A DNA stretch of 64,000 bases from an uncultured Lachnospiraceae bacterium (GTDB lineage Bacteria > Bacillota > Clostridia > Lachnospirales > Lachnospiraceae): contig CAJTVD010000008.1 in the NCBI GenBank assembly GCA_910579495.1, positions 7,741 through 71,740 of the forward strand, given 5' to 3'. Shown here one piece after another: positions 61,239 to 64,000 of the stretch. The notes under the pieces are model-generated. The model had not been told where the DNA came from, did no database searches, and saw nothing but the letters and a program-made list of their open reading frames with translations. The translations under genes and the position numbers were made by a program. The number at the start of each line of letters is the position of its first letter. Position 1 is the first letter of the stretch.

Positions 61239-62666
61239 ATGTGGGAATTTTTGAAAAGGAAATTTAACTTATACAATGAGGCGCTTTTTTGTGATAAAGG
61301 AAGAAAATATACCTATGAGCAGATAAAGGATATGGTCATAAGACATGGAGAAAATTTAAAAAAGAATTTGGACCCTCAAGCAAAATGTGCTGTTCTATGC
61401 CAAAAAGGATTAGATTGTAGTTTGGGAATAATGGCGTGTTGGTATGCGGAAATGATTCCTATACCGCTTTCTATTAATTATGGATATGATCATTGTAAAA
61501 AAATAATTGAATTGACAAACCCGGATTTATTGATCACTGATCACAACTTAGATTTTATGGGGTTTCGGTATGATATAATAGAAGGTAAGTTTGCCGGGAA
61601 TGTATTAAAAATACAAAGTGAGGACGGCTTACAGGAGATTGCATTGATTATGTGTACCTCTGGGACTACAGGAACGCCTAAAGGTGTGATGATAGGGAGT
61701 AAAGAATTAAAAGATAATGTATCAAAGATTGCTGAATATTTTGATATCAATATTAACGACACAATTTTGATCGCAAGACCACTTTATCATTGCGCTGTTC
61801 TTACAGGGGAATTTTTGTCGGCAATAAATAAAGGGTTGAATATTGTCTTTTTTGATGAAAAATACAATCCTAATAGTGTTTTGAAATATGCGATTAAGAG
61901 TGATGCGACTGTACTATGCGGAACACCAACGTTATTTAATCATATTTCTGCTTGTATCAGGAGAAGCCATGTTAAACATCAAATAAAAAAAATAGTCCTG
62001 AGTGGAGAATGCTTAAATAAAAAAACAGCATTGGATATCCGAAATAGTTTTCCGGAGACGATGATTTATAATGTATATGGATTGACAGAAGCATCTCCAA
62101 GGGTAAGCTGGCTTTCACCGGAAAAATTTGACATATATCCAGAATCAGTTGGGACAGCCCTTAACGGTATTGAAATAAAGGTTTTGGATGAACAGGGGAA
62201 TGAACAGTCTGCTAATATACATGGATATATATCAGTAAAGACGCCTTGCCTGATGAAAGGGTATTATAAAAATAAAAGGGCAACACAAGAGGCGATTATA
62301 GATGGATGGTTAAATACGGGAGATGTGGGATATAAGGATCAGGAAGGCAATCTGTTTATATTGTCGCGTGCAGATGATATGATCATTAAGGGTGGAATGA
62401 ATATCTATCCAAAGGAAATAGAAGATCAGATTATCAAGATCAATCAAATTGAGGAATGTGTAGCTTATGGAAAAAGAGGAGAAGTAGGTGAGAACATTGC
62501 AGTTGATGTGGTCCTAAAATGCTCTGGGGAAAAGCTTATTTCTAAAAAGGAACTGGCAGCACTTATGTCAAATGTTCTTCCGTCTTATCAAATGCCGTCA
62601 GAAATAAATATTGTTGATACTTTAAAGAGGAATGCATCAGGTAAAATAGTCAGAATGAGGAAATGA
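61239..62666 (+). CDS. AMP-binding (ANL) acyl-CoA/ACP ligase
   Basis: TSGTTGTPKG, YGLTEASPR, TGD, RADDMI, RNASGK. Confidence 0.92.
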   Translation: MWEFLKRKFNLYNEALFCDKGRKYTYEQIKDMVIRHGENLKKNLDPQAKCAVLCQKGLDCSLGIMACWYAEMIPIPLSINYGYDHCKKIIELTNPDLLITDHNLDFMGFRYDIIEGKFAGNVLKIQSEDGLQEIALIMCTSGTTGTPKGVMIGSKELKDNVSKIAEYFDININDTILIARPLYHCAVLTGEFLSAINKGLNIVFFDEKYNPNSVLKYAIKSDATVLCGTPTLFNHISACIRRSHVKHQIKKIVLSGECLNKKTALDIRNSFPETMIYNVYGLTEASPRVSWLSPEKFDIYPESVGTALNGIEIKVLDEQGNEQSANIHGYISVKTPCLMKGYYKNKRATQEAIIDGWLNTGDVGYKDQEGNLFILSRADDMIIKGGMNIYPKEIEDQIIKINQIEECVAYGKRGEVGENIAVDVVLKCSGEKLISKKELAALMSNVLPSYQMPSEINIVDTLKRNASGKIVRMRK

Positions 62667-62670
62667 AGAT

Positions 62671-62937
62671 ATGGGGCTGGAATATCAGGATGTGATCATT
62701 GAGATAATAAAAAGTATAATTATTTTGCCGCAAGTGGATGAGAAGATAGATTTGGATACAGATTTAAAAAATATTGGTTTAGATTCCCTATCTTTTGTGA
62801 AGACAGTGGTGGAGATTGAAAACCATTTTGGTATTGAATTTCCCGATGAGAGGCTGGATATTTTTAAGGCAGATACTGTTAGAAAATTATGTAAAATTGT
62901 CATGGAAGTGAAGGACCCAAGGGGAGAAATTGGGTAA
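62671..62937 (+). CDS. Acyl carrier protein
   Basis: NIGLDSLSFVKTVVEIENHFGIEF. Confidence 0.9.
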   Translation: MGLEYQDVIIEIIKSIIILPQVDEKIDLDTDLKNIGLDSLSFVKTVVEIENHFGIEFPDERLDIFKADTVRKLCKIVMEVKDPRGEIG

Positions 62938-62988
62938 GAGAATGTAACTAATATTATTTTGTCCTGACAAATATGGGAGGCGTCTGTT

Positions 62989-63381
62989 ATGCAGAAAAGC
63001 AGATTCGCGGCATGGTATGTAAAGTATATCATCAAGTCCCCATTGGTCTTCTACACTTTTTTGTCAGCTGGGGTCGTCTTGTTCATCGCATTATCCCTGG
63101 GGGTGCGGCTTGACATAGCAGAGAGTACCCAGGCAGAGGTTCAGGGGCAACAGGTGGTCCTGGACGGGGAATATGAGCTGGCTTCCGATACGATCTACCT
63201 GTACCGGGACAGGAACGAACAGGTATACAAGTTAAAGGTCGCTACCTGGAAAAAGGGCGGCGGCAGTACAGTATGCATAGTAGAAGACAACAGTGGGCTT
63301 TTGGGGAGGATGAATGCCGATGTAGTCACCGGCAGCCAGACCCTGCTGGAGCGGATATTTATGAGGGGGAGACAAGCTTAA
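62989..63381 (+). CDS. Membrane-anchored hypothetical protein (possible exporter accessory)
   Basis: Single TM; C-terminal ADVVTGSQTLLERIF resembles the tail of HlyD-type accessory proteins. Confidence 0.6.
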   Translation: MQKSRFAAWYVKYIIKSPLVFYTFLSAGVVLFIALSLGVRLDIAESTQAEVQGQQVVLDGEYELASDTIYLYRDRNEQVYKLKVATWKKGGGSTVCIVEDNSGLLGRMNADVVTGSQTLLERIFMRGRQA

Positions 63382-63403
63382 AGTTTACGGTATACGGGGG
63401 ACG

Positions 63404-64000
63404 ATGATGGAGAAGAGACTGAACTATCTCACAGCCATACAGTTTTTATCAAAATACATAAAGAAGTATAAGAAGAATTTCATCATGTTTTACCTTGGAT
63501 GGCTCTTCGATACGGCATTGGCTGTGGTGACGCCCATCCTTTCGGGGATCATGGTAGATGAGATCATCTATTACCAGAACCTTGGCACGTTCCTCAGGAT
63601 CAGCCTTGTCTTTGCCATCCTCCTGGTGTTTTCCTGTATCCTCTATTTCTTTATCTATGCACAGCACCATTACCTGATGAACCGGTATACCCTGGACATC
63701 AGGAGGGATCTGTTCGCCCATTTCCAGCAGTGTGACGCCCAGTACCTTTCCGGGGCGTCCACGGGGGATATGGTGGTGATGTTCCAGGACTACTCCCAGG
63801 AGTGTATGCATTTCGTTATCCGGAACGTGATCCATTTTATCAATGACATCCTGAGCATGGCGGCGGTTTCCGCGTATCTGTTCCTGATGGACTGGAGGAT
63901 CGGTATGTTCATCCTGGCGGCGGCGCCTGTCTCTGTTTACGTTAACATAGTATTCGGGAAAAGGATCCGGGGTTATGCTGACAGGCAGAGGGATCATTAC
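63404..64000 (+). CDS. ABC transporter permease/ATP-binding protein (runs off window)
   Basis: Open frame MMEKRLNYLTAIQFLSKYIKKYKKNFIMFYLGW...PILFGIMVDEII...LDIRRDLFAH; no stop in window so absent from ORF track. Confidence 0.8.
   Translation, partial: MMEKRLNYLTAIQFLSKYIKKYKKNFIMFYLGWLFDTALAVVTPILSGIMVDEIIYYQNLGTFLRISLVFAILLVFSCILYFFIYAQHHYLMNRYTLDIRRDLFAHFQQCDAQYLSGASTGDMVVMFQDYSQECMHFVIRNVIHFINDILSMAAVSAYLFLMDWRIGMFILAAAPVSVYVNIVFGKRIRGYADRQRDHY

Noticed and set aside
63449..63997. Minus-strand 182-aa ORF
   Set aside because: Shadow of the plus-strand ABC transporter that runs off the window.
1..64000. Numerous antisense and nested ORFs; tRNA/rRNA; prophage
   Set aside because: Antisense ORFs overlap well-supported genes and lack motifs; no tRNA/rRNA or phage structural genes were recognised despite the phage-like nucleotide enzymes.

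Overview
Lachnospiraceae/Clostridia-type chromosomal window (taxon inferred from gene content and protein style). The left ~35 kb is mostly core or niche genes: ftsH, csoR-copA, a protease-bearing flagellin, a galactose TCS/ABC locus, MATE, ispF, T-box-cysE-cysS-mrnC-rlmB and CIRCE-htpG. At ~35.37 kb a sleC-like spore cortex-lytic gene breaks off just before its catalytic region, and a large serine recombinase lies 1.3 kb further on. From 38.4 kb to the end is one co-oriented accessory island: Agr-like TCS, an unannotated 48-aa lanthipeptide precursor, lanM, a radical SAM gene, then two AT-rich cassettes separated by a deleted second copy of lanM-rSAM. The cassettes mix phage-like nucleotide-modification genes (Nmad2, Nmad3, two dNMP kinases, aGPT-Pplase1/5-hmdU-kinase-like, thymidylate-synthase-like, an RlmN-like radical SAM fused to dCMP deaminase, a nucleotidyltransferase) with three acyl carrier proteins, three adenylating enzymes, a formyltransferase and exporters. 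This hybrid is the best candidate for an undescribed system. All family calls are from motif recognition by eye; no searches were run.
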